This document shows, piece by piece, positions 20,701 through 28,104 of a stretch of 56,033 nt of DNA. How positions within the stretch are numbered: position 1 is the stretch's first letter; every line of letters starts with the position of its first letter. Both the position numbers and the translations under genes were made by a program. The stretch is from a virus (taxonomy: Duplodnaviria > Caudoviricetes), in the IMG/VR virus record IMGVR_UViG_3300031841_003747, positions 1 through 56,033 of that record; one strand, 5' to 3'. The notes beneath the pieces were generated by a model that saw only the letters and a list, made by a program, of their open reading frames with translations, was not told the DNA's origin and searched no databases.

Positions 20701-23012
20701 TCAATAGCACCTATGTTGCGGATTGCTGTATTCGGATTCTTTAGTCGCTTAGATAGAAAAGTAACAAGTTGTTCCTTGAGGGTAGCTTCATCTGCAAATG
20801 CTCCGACCGCTACCTTCTTCTTTCTACCATCATTCTGTTTGTAATGAAGAGTTACCTTCTTGTCCTTGAAATCAAACCCACGAGGGATCGGATTAAGTGG
20901 GGTGTCATCCTTGGGGTTGTTAGGGTCTTTAGGAGTGGTAGTCTTTGGTGTTGATACTGGTTTAACCTTTACCTTGTAGAGGTGCTTGGGGTCATACAAT
21001 TCCCCATCAACCACGACAAACCCATCCTTGTTTACCTCCTGTACCTCACCTAGTTCGCCGTATAAGTCTTTTACTCTTTTACCTGGAGCGAGGTAATTGT
21101 CATCTGAGTTCTTGATACGCTTAATTCTCGCAAGCCTATCCTCTTTTAATCTCTTAAGTTCTGCTTTCTGGAACTGCTCGTCTGCTTTGGTAGGAGTAGA
21201 TATCTCACCATTAGGGTCAAGGAATCCTAGCGCTCGTAGTGCCGCTTTATTCTTATCTCCCCGCTTACCACGAATAATTGCTTTATCGGGACCGAGCATG
21301 AGTTCCATACGAGCCCAGTCATTACTTCCCCATCCCTTCTTTGCCCTGTTCGCACGACCACGGGACTTGTACATCTCCCCGCTACGCTTCCACTTCCCGT
21401 AGTACTTAAATAGTTTATCTAGGTCAGATTTGGTCTGCTCAGTAACAGTTACTTTATTTTCGCCAAACTCTACATCTACACTTACTTCTTCGGGAGTGGG
21501 GTCTTTATGCTCAGGCACTTGCTCCTCAGATACTATCTCTTCGGCTTGTGCTTTAGGCACTTCCTCCTTACCTTCCGCAGGAGTAGGCTCAGTAACCTCT
21601 GGTTCGATAGGATCAAGGGCGGCGGCTAGTCGGTCGTTTCTAATCTCCCGTATGCTACCATCCTTCATTTCTACCACAGAGACATCTTTCCTCGCCTCCA
21701 TGATTGTACCTTTTTCTCCGTATGCAGTTTGTACCTCGTCCCCTACTTCGTATCTATTTAGGTCTACGGTTGGTGCATCCTGTATCTCTTCAAGTAATTC
21801 CTTTTGTGCCTGTACCTCGGGTGTTTCTGATGCGATCTCTTCTGATCTAGCTTCAGGAGTTGGTGGGTCTTTCGGTCCGGGGATCGCGCCGATCGCAGAG
21901 AACCCAACACCACCAATAGCACCCAATATACCCGCATCCACCATGCGTAGTATCTCCTGGTCAGAGAACTCAATCTCCTCCCCCTTGGCATACTTCTCGG
22001 CGGCAATATTGATTAACTCTTGTACACTCTCCGTACCACCCTCGATTACTAGACCTTCAGGTAGTCCCATAAGTAATCTCTTTAGGTAGCTCTTAGCCTT
22101 GCCCTCGGTAGAGCCTGTTAGGCGACTAAGTAACTTACCGGCACCCATCATGTCCAGGCTACCCGCTAGTGTACCAAATGCAGTAGATACTCCCCGTGCA
22201 GTTTCAGGTGAAATATAATCAGGGTGGGTAGGGTCTAGTTGCGTGTTCGGATATAGTTCTCCGTAGATCTCTCCAACCCCAAGACCAATAGAAGAGGTAC
22301 CTAATCCCACCATTGATCCTGTGGCAAAGCCTTGGCGTGCCTTGGCTTTTACTACTTCTTGGAATACATCCTTGATCTTCTCATCGGCAGTTTCCCCTAA
22401 CCTATTCTCGATAGATTTCCTAAGTGCTTTCTTGGCTGACTGCTTCGCAATTCCGTACCCTACCGCACCCGCACCAGTAAATGCTAAAGCTGATTCTGCA
22501 ACTGATGGTACGGCATATCCCACACCTCCTAATAGATATCTAGCTACCTCGGATGGATTGTCCCAACGGATATCATCAAATGATTGTATGGTGCGTGGAT
22601 CGTCCTGCCCTTTGGATGCTATTTCATTAGCCTTCTCCATTAAGTAGTCCTCTACTCCGAGGTCTACTCCCACCGCATCACCTACTGCACCCGCGGCCAA
22701 TCCCGCCGCTTGTAATGGCATAGCAGATAGACCATAGAGTGATTCCTTGAATCCTGATCCTATCTCACCCAAGTACCCTTGATTGGGGTCGGGACGATTC
22801 TTTATGTCGTAGTACTGGTCAGTAAATTCGTCACCATGAAGGTCACGCATACTGGACTGAGTATATCCTTTCTTTTCTAATCCTTGAGCATAGCGAAATA
22901 GCAGTGCTTCATTGGATAGATCGGATGTATCTACATTTAGTTCTTCAAGGTAACGCCGACGAATTTCATCTACGATCGGGTTCTGTATATCATTGTCGAA
23001 CTGTGTTGCCAT
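11757..23012 (-). CDS. Giant (3751 aa) polyvalent internal-virion/ejection protein with KOW-like repeats, coiled coil, zincin metallopeptidase and kinase-like domains
   Basis: Last of the ejection cluster; Gly/Ala hydrophobic N-region; IVHELLH (about 18250); kinase-like GEHDVY-VK-YLERLLLHNEFFP-VVSQ-DLTSRN-FDP (about 16660-17100). Confidence 0.8.
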   Translation of the reverse strand: MATQFDNDIQNPIVDEIRRRYLEELNVDTSDLSNEALLFRYAQGLEKKGYTQSSMRDLHGDEFTDQYYDIKNRPDPNQGYLGEIGSGFKESLYGLSAMPLQAAGLAAGAVGDAVGVDLGVEDYLMEKANEIASKGQDDPRTIQSFDDIRWDNPSEVARYLLGGVGYAVPSVAESALAFTGAGAVGYGIAKQSAKKALRKSIENRLGETADEKIKDVFQEVVKAKARQGFATGSMVGLGTSSIGLGVGEIYGELYPNTQLDPTHPDYISPETARGVSTAFGTLAGSLDMMGAGKLLSRLTGSTEGKAKSYLKRLLMGLPEGLVIEGGTESVQELINIAAEKYAKGEEIEFSDQEILRMVDAGILGAIGGVGFSAIGAIPGPKDPPTPEARSEEIASETPEVQAQKELLEEIQDAPTVDLNRYEVGDEVQTAYGEKGTIMEARKDVSVVEMKDGSIREIRNDRLAAALDPIEPEVTEPTPAEGKEEVPKAQAEEIVSEEQVPEHKDPTPEEVSVDVEFGENKVTVTEQTKSDLDKLFKYYGKWKRSGEMYKSRGRANRAKKGWGSNDWARMELMLGPDKAIIRGKRGDKNKAALRALGFLDPNGEISTPTKADEQFQKAELKRLKEDRLARIKRIKNSDDNYLAPGKRVKDLYGELGEVQEVNKDGFVVVDGELYDPKHLYKVKVKPVSTPKTTTPKDPNNPKDDTPLNPIPRGFDFKDKKVTLHYKQNDGRKKKVAVGAFADEATLKEQLVTFLSKRLKNPNTAIRNIGAIEIGDETFIAERDAERELFNFGGIQITFEEIKQAGIVSKPPRKSDKGATPQTIQLPDHVVINTVQVGGKTEGAVQEEYNPSVFDSFGETPGQIFLEQVDYDDLISDGELHRSNKSASVGIDQRSRTKALLIFKKDNEIRITSAYIKNKIVLVYDATRGGSASSRYIRLDKLKEEQGWELTGKVNSTGNTGGVGRDVDVFYTSLEAFESDPKIAEAAVRAQDEQTQTVSDIETQSKVAEKDRELEDLQAQLDASTASLEDLQAMLKELDEESDDQGMALEGGETKEQVRARIKAQIEQTIALRKEIQKKIEEKKRAIEADRAELKNKKISDARTGTVRQGVDGAEDGKDGFTATNEQSKALAEGAGSAKGAKKNFDALTIPQFFGLLEQTKLGEMFLDTFRDMVGGPVGGIKEGLLSLYVGMPSSFDSFLQEFYTRLVNDKAIKPYATRKDGMLDPIDRPIDVPAKLNSMRGLIKRIIKARGPQLTEAIESFEYERQERGSEKAVRSGDLQPAPEPKPQEPVQEEEVEKPKSRKQLAREKLRGILKDYDRSLNTDSWNRLNDFGQSPVVNRDTFKQDAIEEILDIFDPPSQRDFVMDIGGAFSEEELLDLFDSPGRIRVADTTDAQGLQLKEGYEADKPDVDHARLNPNSSTVTIIDPTTNRREIRQTATTSEEAIDHSYEEARRDPRRYLAPKQNPVAEENPNSVEEAQAAFKRFAPMEGLPFTAQTAINQIITRTNVPFIGNVARMLNGNKLLDNYTIEFAKWEDYRPYARVNGILTAAVHIPSKKKIIISDAFLQDNELHKADDILAGTIVHELLHPVLNPILDFGEAIYKGNTEFIADENILQHKQLAGDLWTNMTETMLPYLREQASGDLKLSYGLTSVDEFFSVFASDPYFRDFLSKTSLPKSMRRKGVLNTVLDFIYRILAKLNFATVTNDNALSYATDQLNQLVNAVQPLEYAIDVDGNRVGIPKENIQASALDPQFQDLDRFYYGEKQKYSTVLGLKQERDIIKMDFPVSVFGEDMNIRDLEKRLEDAIAKEDFTGGEYSADSLQFYLNNANEKIKKRMDKYVKEEGIDLKEVGLQGTNLSTVDFDPKLKELEFKDIQASALDPQFQEGLRSEGPYFQREVLNDISKRSKPGTTEYNIIQAINVLRGGQGDGSPIIQSKATTTPEIDTERKGKVKELARGNSQLIDESEINEELDWGQVFSGEHDVYFDENRQEYVKAYRGDTELSEYLERLLLHNEFFPEVKLNLDGFVEREASDSGKRMLMPVVSQKALKADSKAGTPLGLINTEMLKKGFRNQGIQGISEGEPYNTYLRGNIQVRDLTSRNAIIQNGEVFLFDPFIDQGWSQSLNDLESEIAIIGQILAGDVRYDRHPEATKYKERFNLRNTEDLANQLESLQAEADYLNSRDIQASALDSQYQEQFQDGLENANPDENMRVMMEANAAGFNDLVTELVKVYQQVAKDVGIELEDFMDLYGSPGTSNISTIKKRLDRDLKPFMDSSDGVRLDDAGLNRIAFNWGRRKAVANLEAVRAKARTELQERVIAEDLASKAITDSLHLYEDLLARRFPPAEKQVESILSKANAVSFDTLKEYVTSLPNADLTQSDIRTIQEISKREVESVMEQLIDLPGVAETQKKGELLDSIKAMGIPTIKALAIMRAVRESTGQMALFRLSKGRIGESQQAMMDVAHQIAKATDQKQLDKIIIKSGVEGTPLRYFARLKAGEIIERANLEKLKKEQEIYNKIDLSLKVRSDRLRASLGELMPVSIHDGAELLTMRWDDKSGEWVRGKNFKVQYRNGKIVDRANFVKVNKETLRFTRDPEMQKLYREEPWFDLMREQALMALHEPIADEFFHVQRASWLSGLQGLTERFSKLGYEGMKLSQMSSETVALFRDYSSKSQSLALQFNASAQQVMGALKLGGREFYSGLYQDIWWWFDNHPEYAGNEEEAFSQLWSNLRKYANVPDRTLLDTNARKLVKNMIAKALAARDFEKKINMELGNRIKDDEFKVQSYIDGEMVDFYRRPIDIGYATMPRSINDGLVIDTNELMQSVGWRGEAASELLNEAGSVKDLETMEKIYKRIFPEKIVGRFVRPFLHSDVRQSVFRGPADSDGHNAYMGNSFVREAYRQSGGDIFKMTDIIFDRVSESQTLESRLQWKAYFLRQMDGKYMELKKVADRLLRDRVHQGLKDSHLMRNTPQSLDARMMESRLPKEFFYYTMYDEVTSSIRLALQVATKTFGRNGDKAGSAFTEGRDSFEKARGKFNRIMAQATNGKHDSPQRSYTREEKKEAYRILRREGEPNAEKAWNQLYAKAVALGELNKAMEHLARYYGKDNAAGPYKDANLLLELLGVQALSVLNNPKSSFWQNLGLFEFPMAFRGLNKMAGKGTVTALGNFVNQTFGGIAEAMGMEMEKTGRYAQYLNNTHFRLDEMDLSFKEYVTGQLGSGGDMDGPNAKKYLRMVKRAMMFNKRKNVDGTRAPFDFLTAVKGIFPYINNVVNHSIGVGAIHSYNDLVLQVTEEIERRGITEYDGEFTAEDLGMGDKTGEWIIGEADGYRRMNELLISHGLPSVTRLAFDFIDRKKADKNAFPIEQRTAILINTIAMDQISGDGFNAKPAWLYSNDYLRYFNTFLGWPLGKMGRDLTAVIRDSDDPTTTYIALLKYIGLLSAVYMPLSLSFGMMIDWYDDEMLEKPNNLPPITPWAALPIVGIPIAASDPNFTIYSVTSRLAKAGVPFGMGTELINGIFSKGDPYGASRELSLDTRIFAFSMIKNIYDAFGTWIHQGEWDWETVGRPIAYGVGGNSVIQMMDLATAQLDIDSEERRVADYIGLKNTIKKTAFMMGLELRPPYKGGGRPTGVSVNTRQMARAAYAGDSQGFLEQYQQAMEAAKVDGREDPERSVIESYKRRSLKTGVTKTKLSEREWEMILSALSEEDRMRVQQAEASHEHYLNLIGGGYRKPSMRSQMRQEDARLLALQMMMQ
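16429..16460 (-). repeat. Linker repeat copy C (diverged; IQASALDSQYQ)
   Basis: tcttggtactgagagtcaagtgctgatgcttg; 7 mismatches to copies A and B. Confidence 0.8.
17359..17390 (-). repeat. Linker repeat copy B (IQASALDPQFQ)
   Basis: tcttgaaactgtgggtcaagcgcagaagcttg, identical to 17749-17780. Confidence 0.95.
17749..17780 (-). repeat. Linker repeat copy A (IQASALDPQFQ)
   Basis: 32-bp exact direct repeat of 17359-17390. Confidence 0.95.
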
Positions 23013-23526
23013 TTGGTCTAAGCACTCCTGTTGAGGATGAATCCATATATGGATCCTGTTGCTGTATAATAGAGGGTCCGCTATTTAAAAACTCCTGCCC
23101 TTGGTCAAAATCGTCACCTAGTGGGACTACTCTTTTATTTTCGGGATCATTAAGAGCATCTACCAGTTTATCGGAGTAAGGTTTAACATAAGGACTAGAC
23201 GCTATAGCACCTACTATCGGGGTCACTACTCTGCCTATGGGGTGCATTTTAGTGGCATTAGCAAGGAGACTTCCACCTAACGCTCCAGGCGTACCAGAAA
23301 CCGCATCCTTAACATAGTTCTCTTCAAACTCATCCTTTGTCTGTATCTCCTGTTGGGACTGCTTGAGCATATGTTCGGTTACTTTTATCCCTTTACCCAT
23401 TTTAGCCACTGGTTCATTTTCCGATGCAATCCTTTGACGTAGCATGGATGCTTCCCGACTACGCTCCTGTGCGTCGGTGATTAGTTCTATGCGTGCGATC
23501 TCTCTATTGATCTCTTCCGAGGTCAT
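22990..23526 (-). CDS. Hypothetical protein in the ejection cluster
   Basis: Overlaps both neighbours; small-residue hydrophobic segment. Confidence 0.7.
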   Translation of the reverse strand: MTSEEINREIARIELITDAQERSREASMLRQRIASENEPVAKMGKGIKVTEHMLKQSQQEIQTKDEFEENYVKDAVSGTPGALGGSLLANATKMHPIGRVVTPIVGAIASSPYVKPYSDKLVDALNDPENKRVVPLGDDFDQGQEFLNSGPSIIQQQDPYMDSSSTGVLRPNGNTVRQ

Positions 23527-25358
23527 GGTCTAAGGGGACTAGGTTGCCCGATTAACTCATCAATTCTGCTTCTTTGATCCTCACTCTCTGGCGCATTACT
23601 TTGTAGCATTGATTGATGAATAGATTTCTCGGCTTCCAATATAGCCTGCCCCTCGCTCACGATCTTTTGTTTCTCTGATTCATTACCGGGGGACATTAGC
23701 CAAGTTTTAAAATCTAGTGCGGCAAATATAGCACCTATCCATCCAGCACCTTGTAGCTTCTTACTCTTCTTGAAGTCATCTAGGTTTATCTTTCTGCGAC
23801 CACCCTCTCCGTCATCCATAGTAACGGTTTTTAATCCGAGCCTACCTAACCTAGATAGCCAACCACCCTTTGCTTTACTTACAGTCTTACCAAATTCTTC
23901 AGGGTCTAACTTCTTAAAGAAGTCCAAGTCTTTCTTTCCTAAACCATTGGGGTCTAGTTTCTTGGCATGCTCCATCATTACCTGTGGAGCAATAGACCTT
24001 GCCTTTACCTTCTTGGCGGCACCTGTAAGCTTCTTGGTCTCTCCAGTATCCTCTACTCGATAGGAGTTTGCTTTATCTATCTTATTATTAACCTCGGTTA
24101 ATTTCTTATTTAAATTCTTACGCTCCCCGCGAGATAGGCCCTGATCCTTAAGTTTCTTTTGTAAGTCAGCACGCTCACCCTTAAGTGCATTCATCTCTTT
24201 TCGAGATATCTTGGTTTGCGGATCTTTTACTGTGCGGGTCTTAGTAATATCTGTTTCACTTGCTTGGAAATCTAAGTCCTCTGCAAATTTAGCCTGTATC
24301 TTTTGAAAGTCTGGACGACTGAGTAGTTCAGTGGCAGTCATACTACCAAGACCTACTATGCCTAATGTGCCTGCTGAGTCTGGGTTTTCTTTAGCCCAGT
24401 TAATCATCGCTTGAGCGGCTTCCAATGTATTCTTTGGTGCGTCCAGTATGAAGTATGGGTCTTCTTCTGCCTCGGCTTTTGGCTTTGGTCCACCTCCACC
24501 AAAATCGAAATCATTAGCGGGGTCTATGGTGTTTATGTTTGCTTTGATTGGTTTCTCCTGAGTAGGCATCAATGCTCCACCTCCGCCACCCTGTGCCCCG
24601 CCTGATAATGAGAATCGTAATGTTCTCACAGTATCCATAGCAGACTTAAAGGATGATGCATAGTTGCTGTTCTGCTGAGCAATATCCCGATCGACCATTG
24701 CCTTGACACCCGCTAACTGACCAAGTCCTTCTTCAGTACTACCTAAAATTTCTAATGCTTTCTTTCTGTACGCAGGAGTACCTGGTTTTGGTGTAGCTTC
24801 TGGAGTGAAACCTTTTTCAGCGAATGCGGCGATCACTGTCTCCCTTGGCACATTAGCTTCTGCGAACCTACCCGATTGTTCAGTATATAGACGCTCCCGC
24901 TCTAACTCCATTTCACCATTAATCCATGCTTGGTATTGGTTGGCTATTTCAGTGACCTGTCCGCGAAGTGGTGCATATTGCTCGTCTGCTAATGCAGTTA
25001 ATGCTCGGTTCTTTTCTACCTCAATAGCTATGGAATCTTCCTGTCTTTTTCTTACGAGTTGATCCTGTTGCTTTTGTGCATCCAAAACATTTTGGTGTCT
25101 TGTCTGCTCTTGCATTATATTCCAGACCGCTTCCTTATTTCTCTGATCCCTATTTAAAGCACTATCTATATACTTATATTTATCTACTTCCCGTAGCTGT
25201 GTAGCGGGAGCATTCATCATCTGCGGACGAGCGGGAGTATTCATATTAGCATATGCTAATAATGGATTAAGCTCCTGCGCCCCTTGGGACTGAACTCCTA
25301 CTGGCGTCATTTGGTTAGCCTGACGAGCGGCTACCATAGCTTGTAGTGGATTCATCAT
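23523..25358 (-). CDS. Putative internal virion (ejection) protein
   Basis: Q/A-rich and helical with hydrophobic patches; lies between other ejection-like genes. Confidence 0.6.
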   Translation of the reverse strand: MMNPLQAMVAARQANQMTPVGVQSQGAQELNPLLAYANMNTPARPQMMNAPATQLREVDKYKYIDSALNRDQRNKEAVWNIMQEQTRHQNVLDAQKQQDQLVRKRQEDSIAIEVEKNRALTALADEQYAPLRGQVTEIANQYQAWINGEMELERERLYTEQSGRFAEANVPRETVIAAFAEKGFTPEATPKPGTPAYRKKALEILGSTEEGLGQLAGVKAMVDRDIAQQNSNYASSFKSAMDTVRTLRFSLSGGAQGGGGGALMPTQEKPIKANINTIDPANDFDFGGGGPKPKAEAEEDPYFILDAPKNTLEAAQAMINWAKENPDSAGTLGIVGLGSMTATELLSRPDFQKIQAKFAEDLDFQASETDITKTRTVKDPQTKISRKEMNALKGERADLQKKLKDQGLSRGERKNLNKKLTEVNNKIDKANSYRVEDTGETKKLTGAAKKVKARSIAPQVMMEHAKKLDPNGLGKKDLDFFKKLDPEEFGKTVSKAKGGWLSRLGRLGLKTVTMDDGEGGRRKINLDDFKKSKKLQGAGWIGAIFAALDFKTWLMSPGNESEKQKIVSEGQAILEAEKSIHQSMLQSNAPESEDQRSRIDELIGQPSPLRP

Positions 25359-28084
25359 CCGTTATCGCTCCAGATATCTGCGATCCCCTTGATACCACTA
25401 AGTACTTGTGGTGCCATCATTGCATAATCATACCACTCATTCTTTTGTGTAGGTGGAGCAATAGGAGAGAATGTAGTAACCGGAGCAGGTAGCTGTCCAG
25501 TTGTAGTAAATGGTGAGGTATTTCTGATAAGTGGACCCATTGGTGCGAGCGCCGCCTCGAGCAATGTAGCTGGAAGTTGCGCATTCTGCATGCCAAGTGC
25601 GGGTATAAGGGAAGTATTACCAAGACGCATATTAGTAAGGTCGCTAAGTAACCTACGCTCATCATCAAGAGTTGCTTGGTCGATACCAATATTCGCACCA
25701 AGTGCATTAAGTATCTGATCGCCGTACCCAAGAGCCCGAAGCTGGTTTTGTAGGTTTGCTTGGGATGCAAGTACATCGCCAGAACCTGGATCAAGTTCCG
25801 ATAAAGTCTTAAATCTATCTGCCTCTACTCTTGCCCCTAGTTCATCCGCATCTGAGTATAAGATATCCTCAAGTTGATTTCGGTATTGCGTCTCTGCCCC
25901 ACCAACTCGATCGGCTAAGTTAATATTTGATTGTCCAAGTCTGCCCGCTAAACCGATATCGGAAGCACCTAGTTGATCTGCTCGATCTACCAATGCGCTA
26001 CCTATTCTACTTGCGTAGTCTATGCCTGCTTGACCAAGTCTATCAGATCTGTTCATGCCCGCAGTACCTAGTCTCGTAGCTAAGTCTACACCTGCACCAC
26101 CCATTTTATCAGCAAACCCAATACCCGCATCACCCATTCTGTCTGCAAATCCAACACCAGCACCACCAAGTCTTTCTGCGAGTTCTATATCTGCCTGACC
26201 TCTGCGATCTGCATCGCGAATAAGTGCATCTGCCAATAGGTCGGATCGTTGCTGACCAAGTTGTGCGCGTATCATGGCATTACCCATGCTTTGCTGTGTG
26301 CCACCACCTTGACCCACCATGGCACTGCGCATACCTCTTTGGTTTGCGTTAGCCATATTTTCTGCGTTCGCACCTGCGGCTAAAGACTTTGCGCGTTCGG
26401 CATCTCTTATTCTGTCCGCGGCGCCTTGGCGTGCTCCAAATATACCAAATGCTTCATCATCTTGCGCACCCAATATTCCACGGGCATTATCCTGTCTCGC
26501 ACCTAGTCCACCAAGCGCATCACTTGCGGTAGAGTCAAAGATACCTTGGGCTGATCCAACCTCTGACCCAAACATATTATTTGCATCATCTGTTCTAGCA
26601 CCAAGTATACCCCCGGCCTCTCGACCTCTTGAGCCAAATAGTCTATTTGCCGCCCCATACTCTGCATTACTTAATCCAGTAGCCGCCCCATACTCTGCAT
26701 CACTTAAATCAAAAGCGGCATTTTGCCTGGCGTCTCTTGTGTCAGCGAATCTATTGCTCTGCTCTAAGTTCTGCATGCGCTTGATATCCTCTAACGAGGA
26801 TAACGCATCAAAACTTTTATCCATTAAGCTAGTCTGGAGATTTTTCGAGTCAGCTAAAGATGCCGAGTACTGATCTCCTGCGTCTAATACATTATCAACC
26901 AGTCCTTGATTTGACTCTGCGGTCATTGTGTTAAGGAGTTTTTGACCCTCAGCTAATGTATTGAAATCATCTTGAAATCCACGATACTGTGACTCTAAGC
27001 CTCCCTCCCCTTTGTCAAATATAGAACCAAGTGTGGACATAGCATCGAGGTTCATACCCTTCATCCGATCCAAGATCGGCATAAAGTCATACATCCTCTG
27101 GTCTGCGTCCCCTAAATATTCTCCAGCATAGTACCCTGTATCATCTATAGTGCTATTGATTCTATCGCCCGCACTTCTAAGCCAACTAGGGAATGGGTCC
27201 ATATCTTGACCACCAATAGAGAATCCCTCGACATAGTTCTCGTCCCCTGGTGATGCAAGTAGTGAAGATAGTCTACCCGTATCTGATGGGTCAATAATTC
27301 CAGCTTTACCCCTACCCTGTAATGCTCCAGCTACAGCCCTTAAGTTTGCGATACCCTCTTCGTCATATCCTTTGGGCGTAGTACTAGCCGCGGCAGTTGA
27401 TCCTTGAGTATTTCCCGCACTACCATACCGAGCAGAACCATCATCATTGTTATCAGAATAATACTCCTTGCCCTGGAAAAAGAATGTTCTATCTCCTCGC
27501 TCTAGTGCCGCTTGCCTGTCTGCCTCAAAAGCATTCTTTAATTCAGCAAACTCTTCTCTTTGTCTCTGTCTACCACTTGTGTCTCCCGAGTTATTCTCGA
27601 TAACCTTATCCAATGCAGACATCCCAAGACTTGCTAATCCTCCCGCAGTACTAGCCGACATACCAAGCTTTGCTCCGAGAGGACCACCAACCGCAAACCC
27701 TACAAGCGTGGGTAGTAAGTCATCCCATGTTGCATCACTAATACCCCAGCTCTTAGTGGAGTCATTTCCTAGCCAATCATCCCATACCTTATGACCAATA
27801 CCTCCAAGGAATGTATGTTTCCCCATACCGAGGAACTTATTGTCATCAATCCCTAGGATATCATCGAATACTTTTTTCTTAAACCACTTCCATGCTCCAT
27901 AAGATGGTACATCAGGGTCAGCTTGCTCCTCAGCGGACGGAATGATTATCTCACCCGATCCACCAATGGATTTAAGTATTTCTTCCTCTAAGGGATTAAG
28001 GTACGCAATTCTTTCCTTCCCGAACTGTCCGTCAACGGGAGCTTTGGAATTAAGTAACTTAGCTGCTTTTTGGTACTTGTCCAT
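25355..28084 (-). CDS. Putative DNA-ejection/pilot protein with two blocks of 11-residue repeats
   Basis: N-terminal IAYLNPLEEEILKSIGGSG motif typical of podophage internal proteins; Gly-rich hydrophobic stretch; hendecad repeats. Confidence 0.7.
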   Translation of the reverse strand: MDKYQKAAKLLNSKAPVDGQFGKERIAYLNPLEEEILKSIGGSGEIIIPSAEEQADPDVPSYGAWKWFKKKVFDDILGIDDNKFLGMGKHTFLGGIGHKVWDDWLGNDSTKSWGISDATWDDLLPTLVGFAVGGPLGAKLGMSASTAGGLASLGMSALDKVIENNSGDTSGRQRQREEFAELKNAFEADRQAALERGDRTFFFQGKEYYSDNNDDGSARYGSAGNTQGSTAAASTTPKGYDEEGIANLRAVAGALQGRGKAGIIDPSDTGRLSSLLASPGDENYVEGFSIGGQDMDPFPSWLRSAGDRINSTIDDTGYYAGEYLGDADQRMYDFMPILDRMKGMNLDAMSTLGSIFDKGEGGLESQYRGFQDDFNTLAEGQKLLNTMTAESNQGLVDNVLDAGDQYSASLADSKNLQTSLMDKSFDALSSLEDIKRMQNLEQSNRFADTRDARQNAAFDLSDAEYGAATGLSNAEYGAANRLFGSRGREAGGILGARTDDANNMFGSEVGSAQGIFDSTASDALGGLGARQDNARGILGAQDDEAFGIFGARQGAADRIRDAERAKSLAAGANAENMANANQRGMRSAMVGQGGGTQQSMGNAMIRAQLGQQRSDLLADALIRDADRRGQADIELAERLGGAGVGFADRMGDAGIGFADKMGGAGVDLATRLGTAGMNRSDRLGQAGIDYASRIGSALVDRADQLGASDIGLAGRLGQSNINLADRVGGAETQYRNQLEDILYSDADELGARVEADRFKTLSELDPGSGDVLASQANLQNQLRALGYGDQILNALGANIGIDQATLDDERRLLSDLTNMRLGNTSLIPALGMQNAQLPATLLEAALAPMGPLIRNTSPFTTTGQLPAPVTTFSPIAPPTQKNEWYDYAMMAPQVLSGIKGIADIWSDNG

Positions 28085-28104
28085 GACGGGGAGTTCCCGT
28101 CATA

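Noticed and set aside
11757-23012. Virion RNA polymerase (N4- or crAss-like)
   Set aside because: Size fits, but I found no DFDGD/DFDID-type or T7-like catalytic motifs; a structure search is needed to exclude it fully
25355-28084. Tape-measure protein of a long-tailed phage
   Set aside because: No tail tube, sheath or chaperone frameshift genes; the context is a podovirus ejection cluster
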